Source of the DNA: a virus
Reading direction: 5' to 3' (one strand)
IMG/VR virus record: IMGVR_UViG_3300045988_095776
Coordinates: 15,135-79,134 of that record
Length of the DNA: 64,000 nucleotides
Shown here: piece by piece, positions 38,966-48,729 of the stretch
Numbering within the stretch: the stretch's first letter is position 1
Layout of the letters: each line of letters starts with the position of its first letter
Notes under the pieces: generated by a model
The model's database searches: none
What the model saw: only the letters and a program-made list of their open reading frames with translations
What the model was told of the DNA's origin: nothing
Position numbers and translations under genes: made by a program

Positions 38966-39320
38966 TTTAACTGGAAAAAGCGTATTTGTAAAGACACAGG
39001 AAGAATATGAAAATATTCTTAACATTGCAAGGTTACAAGGTTTTGATAAATGGCCTGATAAAGTCAGCTTGTCGTCTAGGAATATCAAACTGCCAAATAT
39101 TTTGATTTTTAAGGATAATGGAACAGTTGCTTACTGGAGTGATAAAGGAGTGCTTGAAGCATCCGAAATTATCGAATATGAAGAAAAAATCAAGGATGCA
39201 GTAAACCTTGTCAGAACGTTCGCTAAATACCCAGACAAAACAGCATTGACGGACTCATTTATTAAGTCCTTGAAGCTACTTGCAGATACTGTAGAAAGCC
39301 AGATGGAAGAGGTGAAGTAG
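38958..39320 (+). CDS. hypothetical protein
   Basis: 120 aa, coupled. Confidence 0.5.
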   Translation: MINLTGKSVFVKTQEEYENILNIARLQGFDKWPDKVSLSSRNIKLPNILIFKDNGTVAYWSDKGVLEASEIIEYEEKIKDAVNLVRTFAKYPDKTALTDSFIKSLKLLADTVESQMEEVK

Positions 39321-39734
39321 ATGGAGAGATTAACTGAAAGAGTGAATGACAGGCTCATAATGATGAAGCAGGATAGCGGCGATAATGTGCCGTATTACTG
39401 GGACGAGGGAAATTTTAAAGTGGCTGAAAAGCTTGCCGCTTATGAAGACTTAGAAGAACAGGGCTTGCTTGTGAGATTGCCGTGTAAGGTCGGAGATGAT
39501 GTGTATATTATTCCAAGTCCACCTATATGCGGATTAAATATTTTTTACGGATGCGAAAATGTTAATAGGGTATATCATCAGCATATCGAATCAATTACAT
39601 TTGCCGGTAGCCACTGGTATGCGACAGGCCGTAATGAATATAAGGAAAAAGTGCTTAATGATACTGCTTATGGAATAACTTGGTTCACAGATTATGAAGA
39701 AGCTGAGAAGAAGTTGGAGGTGATGAAGAAATGA
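39321..39734 (+). CDS. hypothetical protein
   Basis: 137 aa. EKLAAYEDLEEQGLLVRLPCKVGD. Confidence 0.5.
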   Translation: MERLTERVNDRLIMMKQDSGDNVPYYWDEGNFKVAEKLAAYEDLEEQGLLVRLPCKVGDDVYIIPSPPICGLNIFYGCENVNRVYHQHIESITFAGSHWYATGRNEYKEKVLNDTAYGITWFTDYEEAEKKLEVMKK

Positions 39735-39898
39735 AAGAATATAGTTGCCCGAAATGCAACAGCACAGATCTTTTTATCAGAAAATCCGGAAATAACACTG
39801 GATTGTACTGCGGAGATTGTGGAGCATGGATTAAATGGATTGGAAAGAAAGAGATTCCGTTGGTTGAACATTTTCTGAAACAACATAAGGAGCGGTAA
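39731..39898 (+). CDS. small Zn-ribbon protein (55 aa)
   Basis: CPKCNS...CGDCG. ATGA overlap with the previous gene. Confidence 0.4.
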   Translation: MKEYSCPKCNSTDLFIRKSGNNTGLYCGDCGAWIKWIGKKEIPLVEHFLKQHKER

Positions 39899-39900
39899 CC

Positions 39901-40221
39901 ATGGACGCTAAAGAAGCAAAAGAAATCTTATCCGATATGAGAGACCAGCATTTATGTTTCTTGGGAAATTCAGAAATCAAAGAAGAATGGCAAAAGGAAT
40001 ATTTAAAAGAATCATGGGCGTGTGATTTTGGGGCAAAGGCATTAAAAAAGCAGATTCCAATGAAACCAAATAATATAAAATCTATTCTTGATTTTTCTGG
40101 CAGATATTATACGGCAAAAGGCAATTGCCCAGTTTGCAATAGCGAGGGACTTAATAAATTAGATTTTTATTGCAATAAGTGTGGACAGAAATTAGATTGG
40201 AGTGAGAAAAATGGCAGATAA
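39901..40221 (+). CDS. hypothetical protein with C-terminal Zn ribbon
   Basis: CPVCNS...CNKCGQ. Confidence 0.5.
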   Translation: MDAKEAKEILSDMRDQHLCFLGNSEIKEEWQKEYLKESWACDFGAKALKKQIPMKPNNIKSILDFSGRYYTAKGNCPVCNSEGLNKLDFYCNKCGQKLDWSEKNGR

Positions 40222-40366
40222 AACATGCAAAACTTGTATTGAAAACGACAACGGGCTGTGTGATCGCAAAGGCATCCTGATAGAGGAAGATGATAGCTGT
40301 GAAAATCACACAAAAAACCGGATGGACTCTTCAATGGAGAAATTCATTCGAAAATCAATGCGGTAA
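40211..40366 (+). CDS. small Cys-rich protein (51 aa)
   Basis: CKTCIENDNGLCD...C. Confidence 0.3.
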   Translation: MADKTCKTCIENDNGLCDRKGILIEEDDSCENHTKNRMDSSMEKFIRKSMR

Positions 40367-40403
40367 GGGCGGAAATGTCCTTACCAGACGGGAAGGTGGC
40401 TAA

Positions 40404-41225
40404 ATGACAAAGGTGAGTTGGATTCGATTAGAAATTGATATGTTTGACAACAAGAAAATCCGACATATCAGAAAACTTCCAGAGGGGAACAACATCGTTC
40501 TGATCTGGATGATGCTCCTGACGATGGCAGGACGTTGTAATTCAAACGGGATTATATTTCTGACAGAGAATATTCCATATACAAATAAAATGTTGGCTGA
40601 CGAACTGGACTTTGATGAAAGTGTGATCGAACTTGCGCTTACAATTCTTGAAAAGTTTGGAATGATAACCAGAGACGGAACATTACTTTCAATTCCCGGA
40701 TGGGAAGAGCATCAGAATATTGATGGGCTTGAAAAAATCAGAGAGCAGACAAGAAAACGGGTTGCCGAGCACAGAAAACGTCAGAAAGAATTATCAGAGG
40801 AAGAACGTATGCCAGAGATTCCAGAGCAGATTTCTTGTGAAAAAGATTTAGTCAAGCCCGGTGACGTGCAGAAAGTAGTTGATGAATGGAATAAGCTTCA
40901 GCAGTTTGGTATTCAGCCAATTGCAAGAATGACATCAAGGCGAACTCAAATGCTGAAAGCAAGAATCCGAGAATATGGCATGGATAAAGTAATGGAAGCA
41001 CTGAAAAATGTACAAAATAGTGACTTCCTTATGGGAAAGAAAACTGATTTTATGATAAATTTTGAATGGTTCGTGAAACCAAACAACTTCTTAAAGATAC
41101 TCGAAAACAAATACCACAACAGGGAGGATATGCGAAATGGAACTGACGCAACTCAAAGAAATGTCGAACCACTCGTCCCACTTGGAGAATGGAATGGAGA
41201 AGAATCAGACACCCCATTCGCTTGA
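40404..41225 (+). CDS. phage replisome organizer (DnaD-like N-terminal region)
   Basis: WIRLEIDMFDNKKIRHIRKLPEGNNIVLIWMMLLTMAGRCNSNG. Confidence 0.75.
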   Translation: MTKVSWIRLEIDMFDNKKIRHIRKLPEGNNIVLIWMMLLTMAGRCNSNGIIFLTENIPYTNKMLADELDFDESVIELALTILEKFGMITRDGTLLSIPGWEEHQNIDGLEKIREQTRKRVAEHRKRQKELSEEERMPEIPEQISCEKDLVKPGDVQKVVDEWNKLQQFGIQPIARMTSRRTQMLKARIREYGMDKVMEALKNVQNSDFLMGKKTDFMINFEWFVKPNNFLKILENKYHNREDMRNGTDATQRNVEPLVPLGEWNGEESDTPFA

Positions 41226-41961
41226 ATGCCCTGAATGTGGGAACAGCGGGTGGAGATGGGTAAGAGATGCAAGCGGTATTCCCTATTGTGAGGAATGCCC
41301 TTGCGGAATCAGAAAAAGAATAATCCTTGAAAATCAATTGAAATTTGCAGAGCTTCCAAACGTGTTTAAAGGCTCAAATTTCAACGATTTGAAGTCAAGT
41401 GTATATTTGAACACCGAGAGCCGAAAAGTATTTTCTCAGGCGGCTCAGGCGGTAAATTACTGGTTTAAAAATCTTCCAGATATGCAGAAGAAAGGGATAG
41501 GATTATATCTTTTCTCAAACACAAAAGGCTCTGGCAAAACCAAAACAGTATGCAGCTTGGCGAATGAAATCATGAAGAAATACCAGAAGCCAGTCAAGTT
41601 CACCACATCCCTAAGAATCCTCGATGAGATCAAGAACACATGGGGAGACAAAGGGAATACGGAGGGAAAGTTGATAGAGGATTTGTCCAGAACAGAAATC
41701 CTTATCATTGACGACTTCGGCGCTGATTCTGGAAAAGAATGGATTAACGAAAGGTTCTATAGCATTATCAACGGGCGGTATGTTGATAGGAAGATTACTA
41801 TATTCACAAGCAACTGCCAGATATCAGAACTGAAATATGATGAGAGAATCACAAACAGAATTCTGGAACGGTCACTGGAAATTCCGTTCCCGGAAGAATC
41901 CGTCCGGGCACATATGGCACAGCGTATCAGAATGGAAATGGTACAGGGGATGCAAAAATGA
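41137..41961 (+). CDS. DnaC/IstB-like AAA+ helicase loader
   Basis: Walker A NTKGSGKTK and Walker B ILIIDDFG, with an N-terminal Zn finger. The true start may be ATG 41194, which follows GGAG. Confidence 0.75.
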   Translation: MELTQLKEMSNHSSHLENGMEKNQTPHSLECPECGNSGWRWVRDASGIPYCEECPCGIRKRIILENQLKFAELPNVFKGSNFNDLKSSVYLNTESRKVFSQAAQAVNYWFKNLPDMQKKGIGLYLFSNTKGSGKTKTVCSLANEIMKKYQKPVKFTTSLRILDEIKNTWGDKGNTEGKLIEDLSRTEILIIDDFGADSGKEWINERFYSIINGRYVDRKITIFTSNCQISELKYDERITNRILERSLEIPFPEESVRAHMAQRIRMEMVQGMQK

Positions 41962-42086
41962 GAACGATAAGTGAAATGTATAAACGTTCCGGCGGAACTG
42001 CGTATCAGCATAAATGTTCTGAATGCAGATTTTATAGGGACGGAAAGAGAGGAAAATGTCTGATGTACGGCGCTGATCGGGACTGA
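41958..42086 (+). CDS. small Cys-containing protein (42 aa)
   Basis: ATGA-coupled to the loader gene. Confidence 0.3.
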   Translation: MRTISEMYKRSGGTAYQHKCSECRFYRDGKRGKCLMYGADRD

Positions 42087-42193
42087 CATGGAAATTTTAT
42101 TGCCTGTAAATTCTTCAATCTTGAAGATGATATGCCGGAAGGACAGATGAATATTTTTGATTATGTGTGAATAAGATTAATTGAGGTGATTGC

Positions 42194-42301
42194 ATGGAAA
42201 AAGTTATTTTGATTGCCATAAACGAAAGGCTTTTTAAACTCGGACTAATCAATGAAGAAACCAGAAATAAAGTATTGGCAGAAATTAATGCAACAAAATA
42301 A
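42194..42301 (+). CDS. small protein (35 aa) upstream of the serine recombinase
   Basis: GAGGTGA RBS. MEKVILIAINERLFKLGLINEETRNKVLAEI. Confidence 0.35.
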   Translation: MEKVILIAINERLFKLGLINEETRNKVLAEINATK

Positions 42302-42383
42302 CGAAAAAACTATTGAATGGAGTCGAGAATAACGATTATAATATTCTTGATTCCATTCCTGCAATTACAAAGGGGAATGATTT

Positions 42384-44054
42384 ATGAACATATATTATGC
42401 AAGGGAAAGATTAAGGACAGGATCTATTTTTGACCTAAAGTTAAAAGTGGCATATTACGCAAGAGTTAGCACGGAAAAAGTGGAGCAGCAGGTATCTATC
42501 AAGCACCAGCAAGAATATTACGAGGAATTTATTCGTTCAAATCAGAATTGGACTTTTTCGGGAGCATATATTGACGATGGAATATCTGGAATCCATGCCG
42601 AAAAGAGAGAGGAATTTCAGAATATGATTCGAGATGCAAAGCTCGGAAGAGTAGATATGATCATCACGAAAGAGATTTCCAGATTTGCCAGAAACACGCT
42701 TGACAGCATTCAATATACCAGAGAACTACTGTCCTATGGAGTTTGTGTATGGTTTCAAAACGACGGGATTAATACCATTGACGAGGACAGCGAATTACGT
42801 TTGACAATTATGGCAGGCGTTGCGCAAGATGAACTTCGAAAACTTTCGAGCCGTATCAAATTCGGACATGCAAGGTCAATTCAGAACGGAGTTGTGCTTG
42901 GAAATCGAATATACGGATATCACAAGAAAGACGGGAAACTCACTATAGTTCCTGAAGAAGCTGAAATGATTAGGATGATATTCAGAGATTACGCATCGGG
43001 AACCATGTCTACCCCTAAATTAGAAAAGAAATTATGGGACATGGGGTACAGGAACTTCAAGGGTGGAAAAATAAACAGAGATGTTATCAGGAATATTATC
43101 AAAAACCCCAAATATAAAGGATATTTTTGCGGTGGAAAAGTGAAGATTGTCGATATGTTTACCAAAAAGCAAGAATTCCTGCCAGAATCCAAATGGGTAA
43201 TATTTAAGGATGACGGGAGCCGGGTACCTCAAATCATAGACGAAGAAACATGGGAAAAGGCGAATGAGTATATGAAGAAGAGAAGTGAAGCTATAAAATC
43301 TCATCGAACTTCGTTTAAAAACGGAAATCTCTTCACGGGTAAAATTTTTTGCGCTAATGATGGCGCTCCGTACTGGATGAAGCAGCATTATGTACGCGGA
43401 AAAGAAGATGTGAGATGGGTATGCAGTTACAAAATCAAAAATGGAGCGGATTCTTGCAGTTCACACGGTATCAGAGAGTCTGATTTAAAGAAAGTGGTCG
43501 CAAGCCTTATCAACGAATCTTCATGTAATATAGATGAAGTTATCAAGGAATACTTAAATATAATAAGAAAAGTTATTAATAATAAGCCGGATACGGGCAT
43601 TGAAAAAGAAAGGCTTCAAAACCAGATTGATGCAATAAAAAAGAAGAAAGAAAAAATACTGGAATATAACCTTAATGGAAATATTCCGGACGAAGAGTTT
43701 ATATCAAGGAATAAGGACTACACAAAACAAATCATTGATTTGGAGATGGAAATTTCGAAATTAGTCCCGGAAGATGTCGAACTACAAATAACAGAAAAAC
43801 AACTTTCGAAAATCACAGAGGAACTAAAAAGTTTTAAAGAAGTAAAAGAAGAAGATATAAATCGCCAAATTATTGATAAGCTTTTTGACAAAATAGTTGT
43901 GTCGTTGTCGGCGGATAAACAAACCGTGTGCAAATTCTATTTAAGCACTGGATGCTTGAAAATACGGGATTTGGGTGGGGTTGTTCTGAATACATGTTAT
44001 TTAACAATACGTAAGAACGACACAAGGCATTTTATAGGCGAACTTGTAGCTTAA
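42384..44054 (+). CDS. large serine recombinase (probable phage integrase)
   Basis: Resolvase catalytic domain (VAYYARVSTEKVEQQ...ITKEISRFARNT), a recombinase domain, a Zn ribbon and a coiled coil. 556 aa. Confidence 0.85.
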   Translation: MNIYYARERLRTGSIFDLKLKVAYYARVSTEKVEQQVSIKHQQEYYEEFIRSNQNWTFSGAYIDDGISGIHAEKREEFQNMIRDAKLGRVDMIITKEISRFARNTLDSIQYTRELLSYGVCVWFQNDGINTIDEDSELRLTIMAGVAQDELRKLSSRIKFGHARSIQNGVVLGNRIYGYHKKDGKLTIVPEEAEMIRMIFRDYASGTMSTPKLEKKLWDMGYRNFKGGKINRDVIRNIIKNPKYKGYFCGGKVKIVDMFTKKQEFLPESKWVIFKDDGSRVPQIIDEETWEKANEYMKKRSEAIKSHRTSFKNGNLFTGKIFCANDGAPYWMKQHYVRGKEDVRWVCSYKIKNGADSCSSHGIRESDLKKVVASLINESSCNIDEVIKEYLNIIRKVINNKPDTGIEKERLQNQIDAIKKKKEKILEYNLNGNIPDEEFISRNKDYTKQIIDLEMEISKLVPEDVELQITEKQLSKITEELKSFKEVKEEDINRQIIDKLFDKIVVSLSADKQTVCKFYLSTGCLKIRDLGGVVLNTCYLTIRKNDTRHFIGELVA

Positions 44055-44115
44055 AAATAGCCCGCAAACACTGATATTTACTGGTTTTTTAACACATTTA
44101 ACAGGAGTGGAATCA

Positions 44116-44862
44116 ATGAATAATACGCATACCGCATATGACGTAATGAAAGAATATTTAATAACCGATGCAGAGCTTGACGGGCTGTACCAGATACCGA
44201 TGTTGCCGAAGTCAGATGCCGTACCGGGCAAAGGAATAGATTTCGTATCTTCAAAAGCCAGATCATTGAAAGGCCATAAGGACCTGACCGTGAATTTCTA
44301 TATCGACGATAAAAGTTTCTTGCAGGTATGGAATCAACCGGATCAGTATATCGAACACCTGAAATGTTTCAATTCAGTTTGCAGCCCAGATTTCACAATT
44401 GCTTCCGGGATGCCAAGTGCGTTGAATATCTACAACCTATACCGTAATCATGCGTTGGGGTATTACTGGTCGATGATGGACGTTAACATCATTCCGTCCG
44501 TAAATATTATTAGTCCAAAGGAAATGCCATGGATATTTGACGGCACGCCGCATAGAAGTGTAGTATCGTGCTGCACGAATGGCAGAGTACGGTCGAAATC
44601 TGCCAGAATGGAATTTTGCGAGAATTTTAAGGAAATGCTGGATGCGATTAAACCAACTAAGGTTGTGATCGTGGGTATCGTGCCGGATGAATTAAATGTA
44701 GACGTACCAATTATCAATCTTAACTCAAGGAGTCAGAATATGAAAGAAATATATGGAAAGGAGCAGCAGGCATGGGAACAATCAGCCAAGATGCGGCAAA
44801 ACGCAGAAAAAAAGAAACAAGCCGGCAGAAGAGAAGAAGAACCAAGATTGCTGGTGCCGTAA
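44116..44862 (+). CDS. DUF4417-like protein
   Basis: Pattern CSPDFT...NLYRNHALGYYW...IIPSV resembles DUF4417, from memory. ATG 44116 is preferred over GTG 44107. Confidence 0.5.
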   Translation: MNNTHTAYDVMKEYLITDAELDGLYQIPMLPKSDAVPGKGIDFVSSKARSLKGHKDLTVNFYIDDKSFLQVWNQPDQYIEHLKCFNSVCSPDFTIASGMPSALNIYNLYRNHALGYYWSMMDVNIIPSVNIISPKEMPWIFDGTPHRSVVSCCTNGRVRSKSARMEFCENFKEMLDAIKPTKVVIVGIVPDELNVDVPIINLNSRSQNMKEIYGKEQQAWEQSAKMRQNAEKKKQAGRREEEPRLLVP

Positions 44863-45760
44863 GAAGAAAAAATATGAAAAATGATGAGCTGAATGTGTTA
44901 AAATGAAAAATTCACATCGCGCCGAGATACATTATAGAAAATTATATACAAAATGCACAAAATAAAAAAGTCGCAGGTCTGAATTAGTCTCAGATTTCTG
45001 CGATTTTTTTCAGATTTTTCCAGTTCAAACCACCCCGATTTTGATGATGTTTCTGACTTGTCGTACATTTCCTTGGTGTTCTCGTTCCGTCCCGGAGCTA
45101 TCCCGGGAACCTTCAGCCGATCAGGAACAGACCGCCCAGTGAACCAATATAAGCTCCGCCGCCCGGCATGATCTGGCGGACTAGAGCCAAGCAGAGAGTC
45201 AACAGTACAGCCCACCGGGGATGACCCGAGAGCAGCCCGGGAACAGCTGTGGAAGTGCAGAGCCAGCGCCAATGCCAATTCTGATATAGCGTTGTAAAAC
45301 GCGTTTAAAAGCGTTTTTGCGCAACCACGGTAAAATATACAGAAAACGAATAAAACACGCTTAAAAATCCAAATACGGCGTTATAGAAGCATTTAAGGCA
45401 CAACCGCCCAAGCAAAAACGCCTAAAGCGTACAGAAATAAGACCGCCGGAGCGATCACGAACAAACCCCCGCATAGCTTCGTACGATCCGGAAGCATAAA
45501 GACCAGACCGGGCAAAGCGTCCGCGCAACTATACAGAATAATAATAACCCCGTTGTGCTCTGCCGTCAATCCTTGTTATCAATTCGATATTTGAAGATTT
45601 AAGGCGGTTTTATATACTTATGATAAAATATACCAGAATCACGCTAAAAGCCGTTAAAACGTCAAATAGAAGCCAATGCAACTATACGGCTACAATCTCA
45701 ATCGCAGCCTGTTCTAATTTTTTTCTTTTAGCTTTTGACATAATACCACCCCCCCCCTAT

Positions 45761-46060
45761 TTAACAAATGCCAAGTGATGCCAAAAAATCAGTATTAACA
45801 TTTTCCCAGTAACCCGGAATAAGAGAAGAACGGCCACAAATATGCATAAGCCCGTATAAGTGCCGCCGCAGGTTTTTGACGCCGCACCAGACAGACGCAC
45901 CGCAGCCGGAGCCTTCGACAGGAATACTATACACAGTCCCGCCATGTTCCCATAAATCCCAATTACTGCCATCATTGGCAATAAAAACGCCATTTTCGAC
46001 TATTTCCCGGGCATGATCGCACCAAATAGCGCCCATTTCTGAATAATTATATTTTCTCAT
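45761..46060 (-). CDS. hypothetical protein (GC-rich island)
   Basis: 99 aa with a purine-rich RBS. Codon usage differs from neighbouring genes. Confidence 0.4.
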   Translation of the reverse strand: MRKYNYSEMGAIWCDHAREIVENGVFIANDGSNWDLWEHGGTVYSIPVEGSGCGASVWCGVKNLRRHLYGLMHICGRSSLIPGYWENVNTDFLASLGIC

Positions 46061-46106
46061 TTCTTTCTTTCCTTCTTCCTTTTACCCATGGGAGCCGGGT
46101 TATAAA

Positions 46107-46148
46107 AGGCGTTGCCGGGAATCGAACCCGGTGGGAACCGTTACGCCT
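46107..46148 (-). other. tRNA-like acceptor/T-arm minihelix, probably acting as a terminator
   Basis: The minus strand reads AGGCGT AACGGTTCCCA CCGGG TTCGATT CCCGG CA ACGCCT, followed by TTTTAT. Confidence 0.5.
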
Positions 46149-46153
46149 GAAAA

Positions 46154-46522
46154 CTAAATCCTTTTTGTAAACTCGATTTCCGTATATTTTTCCCCGGTCA
46201 CCTCGTTTACAAATGCCAAAATTCCGGTTCTTGTGAAATCCAAACGTGAAAAATCAAATCCCTTTTGCGCAAGTCTATATTCATAAGAACGCCCGCAGCC
46301 CTCAGTGTCGTAGTATGTGCCGTCGACATGTAACGCGTTAGGTTGCACCATTGGGCACCCTTTTTTATTTGCGTCGCGTCTCTGGTAGCCGCCAAAATCT
46401 GCAACAACGTGCAGACCGTCCAGCGTGTCAAATTCTGCACGAACTCTACAATTCGGCACGTCTGAGCCGTTTCCGTAGCCTGTTCCCGTGCATCCATATT
46501 CTACTAATGTTAATTTTTTCAT
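46154..46522 (-). CDS. hypothetical protein
   Basis: Starts at MKKLTLVEYG with an AAGGAGGA RBS. The longer track ORF upstream has no RBS. Confidence 0.55.
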   Translation of the reverse strand: MKKLTLVEYGCTGTGYGNGSDVPNCRVRAEFDTLDGLHVVADFGGYQRRDANKKGCPMVQPNALHVDGTYYDTEGCGRSYEYRLAQKGFDFSRLDFTRTGILAFVNEVTGEKYTEIEFTKRI

Positions 46523-46680
46523 GTTTTTAATCCTCCTTAATAACCAATTAAAATATAATGAGCAACCAACAGGAACGGGAAAGAAACAGCCGCAAAGCCT
46601 AACAAGTAGGCTTTTGCGGTATGAATAACTTTTCTTCGATGGATTCGCTGCCACTGGGAATAGGTATATTTTTTCACGGT

Positions 46681-47076
46681 TCATACCTCCATTTCTTTGT
46701 GTGCTTCGTCAAAATCTTCTTCGAGATCGTCCAGCACTTCAGAAATTGCGGAGCCTAATAAGTAACATCTAATAGAAACGTCAATAGATTCGAAATTATC
46801 ATTCATCCACCAGTCACACACTTGTTTTTTACAATCAAATTCGCTAACCATTTCGTTAACAAGTTCTTTGTTACTGTTTACGTAATTTTCAGCTGTGGCA
46901 CGATTAAAGGTATAACTTCCGCTTGCATTACCTGTCACGCTGTCTTCTGCCCAAAGTTCATCATTCAATTTTTCTTCCAGTTCTTCCAGGCTGTCAAAAT
47001 CTGTGAAATCAATTTCACAATCAATATAATTTTTAACATCTTCTTTTACTGCTTCCATGTAATTGTATTTTGTCAT
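46681..47076 (-). CDS. highly acidic protein (possible DNA mimic / anti-restriction candidate)
   Basis: 131 aa, rich in Asp and Glu. SVTGNASGSYTFN motif. Confidence 0.5.
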   Translation of the reverse strand: MTKYNYMEAVKEDVKNYIDCEIDFTDFDSLEELEEKLNDELWAEDSVTGNASGSYTFNRATAENYVNSNKELVNEMVSEFDCKKQVCDWWMNDNFESIDVSIRCYLLGSAISEVLDDLEEDFDEAHKEMEV

Positions 47077-47317
47077 TGTTTTTTACCTTGCGCCCTGTTA
47101 CAATAAGAACGCCCTTTCTTTTTTATTTTTGGGTGCCGGTTGTCTGTCTTGGTAGGATGCAACCGGCTTTTTTATTTCCTTTGATGGTTATATAATAGCA
47201 TAGTTTAATAATAATGTCAATAGCATAGTTTAATAAAATGTATTATTTTTAAAATAGTGTTTTTTCTGCACATATAATAGGAAATAAAAAAATATCGAAA
47301 TAAAAACCCATAGCCGA

Positions 47318-47346
47318 TTGACGCATAGTTTAATAAATGATATAAT
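47318..47346 (+). promoter_or_regulatory. near-consensus sigma-70 promoter with embedded CATAGTTTAATAA operator
   Basis: TTGACG, 17 nt, TATAAT; 30 nt upstream of the RHH gene. Confidence 0.7.
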
Positions 47347-47376
47347 CAAAGCAAACAATAACAGGAGGGTTAATAA

Positions 47377-47571
47377 ATGGCATTTAAAGAGAAAGAAAAG
47401 GAACTTTCATATATTGCACAATATCAAAAAGACAAGTACGACCGTATAACAGTAATGGCACCAAAGGGAACCAAGGAAGACGTAAAAAGAGCAGCCGATC
47501 TAAAAGGCGTCAAGATGTCTGCATTCGTTCTGGAGTGCATACAGAAAGAATTGGAAAGAATGAAAAATTAG
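47377..47571 (+). CDS. RHH-like small regulator
   Basis: 64 aa. YDRITVMAPKGTKEDVKRAADLKGVKMSAFVLECIQKELE. Confidence 0.55.
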   Translation: MAFKEKEKELSYIAQYQKDKYDRITVMAPKGTKEDVKRAADLKGVKMSAFVLECIQKELERMKN

Positions 47572-47592
47572 AAGAATAGTTTAATAAAATAC

Positions 47593-47621
47593 TTGACGCA
47601 TAGTTTAATAAATGATATACT
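47593..47621 (+). promoter_or_regulatory. duplicate of the 47318 promoter
   Basis: TTGACGCATAGTTTAATAAATGATATACT is identical to the first copy through the spacer; the two -10 hexamers differ only at position 5 (TATAAT vs TATACT). Confidence 0.7.
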
Positions 47622-47647
47622 GTAACCATAGAAAGGAAGTGGTTGCA

Positions 47648-48145
47648 GTGAAAACAGAACAATTTAGGATTAATGAAAATTCTGATTTCCCGGGTGTCTA
47701 TATAATTGTAAATATGGACAATCAAAAAGTATATATTGGCTCAACTAGAAATATACACAAAAGATTGAAAACGCATTTATATAGCCTAAAAAAAGGGAAA
47801 CATTCGTCAAGTAGTTTTCAAAAAGATTTTGATAATGGTAATTCATTTATCGCATATCCTCTAACAAGAGTTGAGCTATTGCCAAAGTATTTAAAGGACC
47901 ATAATTTAAGACATTTTGAATACATGGCGATTAAAATGTTTGATTCTACGAATCCAGAAAAAGGATACAACAAAGTAAACCACAAAGCAGAATCATACGA
48001 ATTAGGAAATATAAAGCAAGCGAATTCTTTATTTAACGATTTCTTTGAAGTGAAAGAAAAATACAAAACGAGAACAGACTTGGAATATTATAAAGAATAC
48101 TACGAAGAAGAATTAGAATTTTTCTTAAATCAGGCTATGCGTTAA
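47648..48145 (+). CDS. GIY-YIG family nuclease
   Basis: GVYIIVNMDNQKVYIGSTRNIHKRLKTH. GTG 47648 after GAAAGGAAG. The track start 47612 overlaps the -10 box. Confidence 0.65.
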   Translation: MKTEQFRINENSDFPGVYIIVNMDNQKVYIGSTRNIHKRLKTHLYSLKKGKHSSSSFQKDFDNGNSFIAYPLTRVELLPKYLKDHNLRHFEYMAIKMFDSTNPEKGYNKVNHKAESYELGNIKQANSLFNDFFEVKEKYKTRTDLEYYKEYYEEELEFFLNQAMR

Positions 48146-48190
48146 AGAAACCAATCACACAGCCCCAGGAGGGGCGGAAAGGAGGGGAAA

Positions 48191-48472
48191 ATGGAATATT
48201 TAGTTAATGAGAAACGCAACAACCAGTTCTTTCCGAGAAACTGTATTTACATCCCGGAAAACTACCCGGAGGACTGGCGGGAACGCCTTGAAGCTGGCGA
48301 GGTTGTCAGCTACGAGGAGGACGGCGAGCAGTGCGAAATCTGGCTCGATATGGAACAAGAAGAAAGTCATAAACCATGTATACATGTACTTGATAATATG
48401 ATATGTGGGAAAGGCGTAAAAAGCTCTGGAAAATGTGAGCCACCATGTAGTTACTATGAAAGTGGCAGATAA
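48191..48472 (+). CDS. hypothetical acidic protein
   Basis: 93 aa with a GGAGGGG RBS. Confidence 0.5.
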   Translation: MEYLVNEKRNNQFFPRNCIYIPENYPEDWRERLEAGEVVSYEEDGEQCEIWLDMEQEESHKPCIHVLDNMICGKGVKSSGKCEPPCSYYESGR

Positions 48473-48534
48473 AATTTAGCTTTTAAGTCACTTTTATATG
48501 CGATATAAATATATTAAAAGATTGGAGAATAATT

Positions 48535-48729
48535 GTGAAGAAAACAATTGATTTATTAAATGAAGTTGTAGCAATGGGATTCAACAGAGAACAGGCACTT
48601 GCAGACATCGACGCAAGCCTTGACGCAGAACTCGAAGAAAGAAAGCCATTGATGGAGGAAGAAATACCAGAAAATTTGTACAATAATATCCTTGAAGGAT
48701 TCCGAGAAGATAAGGAAATGAACGCATGA
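48535..48729 (+). CDS. hypothetical acidic protein
   Basis: 64 aa. GTG start after GGAG. ATGA-coupled to the next gene. Confidence 0.45.
   Translation: MKKTIDLLNEVVAMGFNREQALADIDASLDAELEERKPLMEEEIPENLYNNILEGFREDKEMNA

Noticed and set aside
38573-39088. 171-aa minus-strand ORF
   Set aside because: It runs antisense across three coupled + strand genes, with a low-complexity translation and no RBS.
44898-45278. 126-aa minus-strand ORF in the GC-rich segment
   Set aside because: The translation is not protein-like and there is no RBS. Another frame looks like a C-terminal remnant of a membrane protein, so the region is treated as degenerate DNA.
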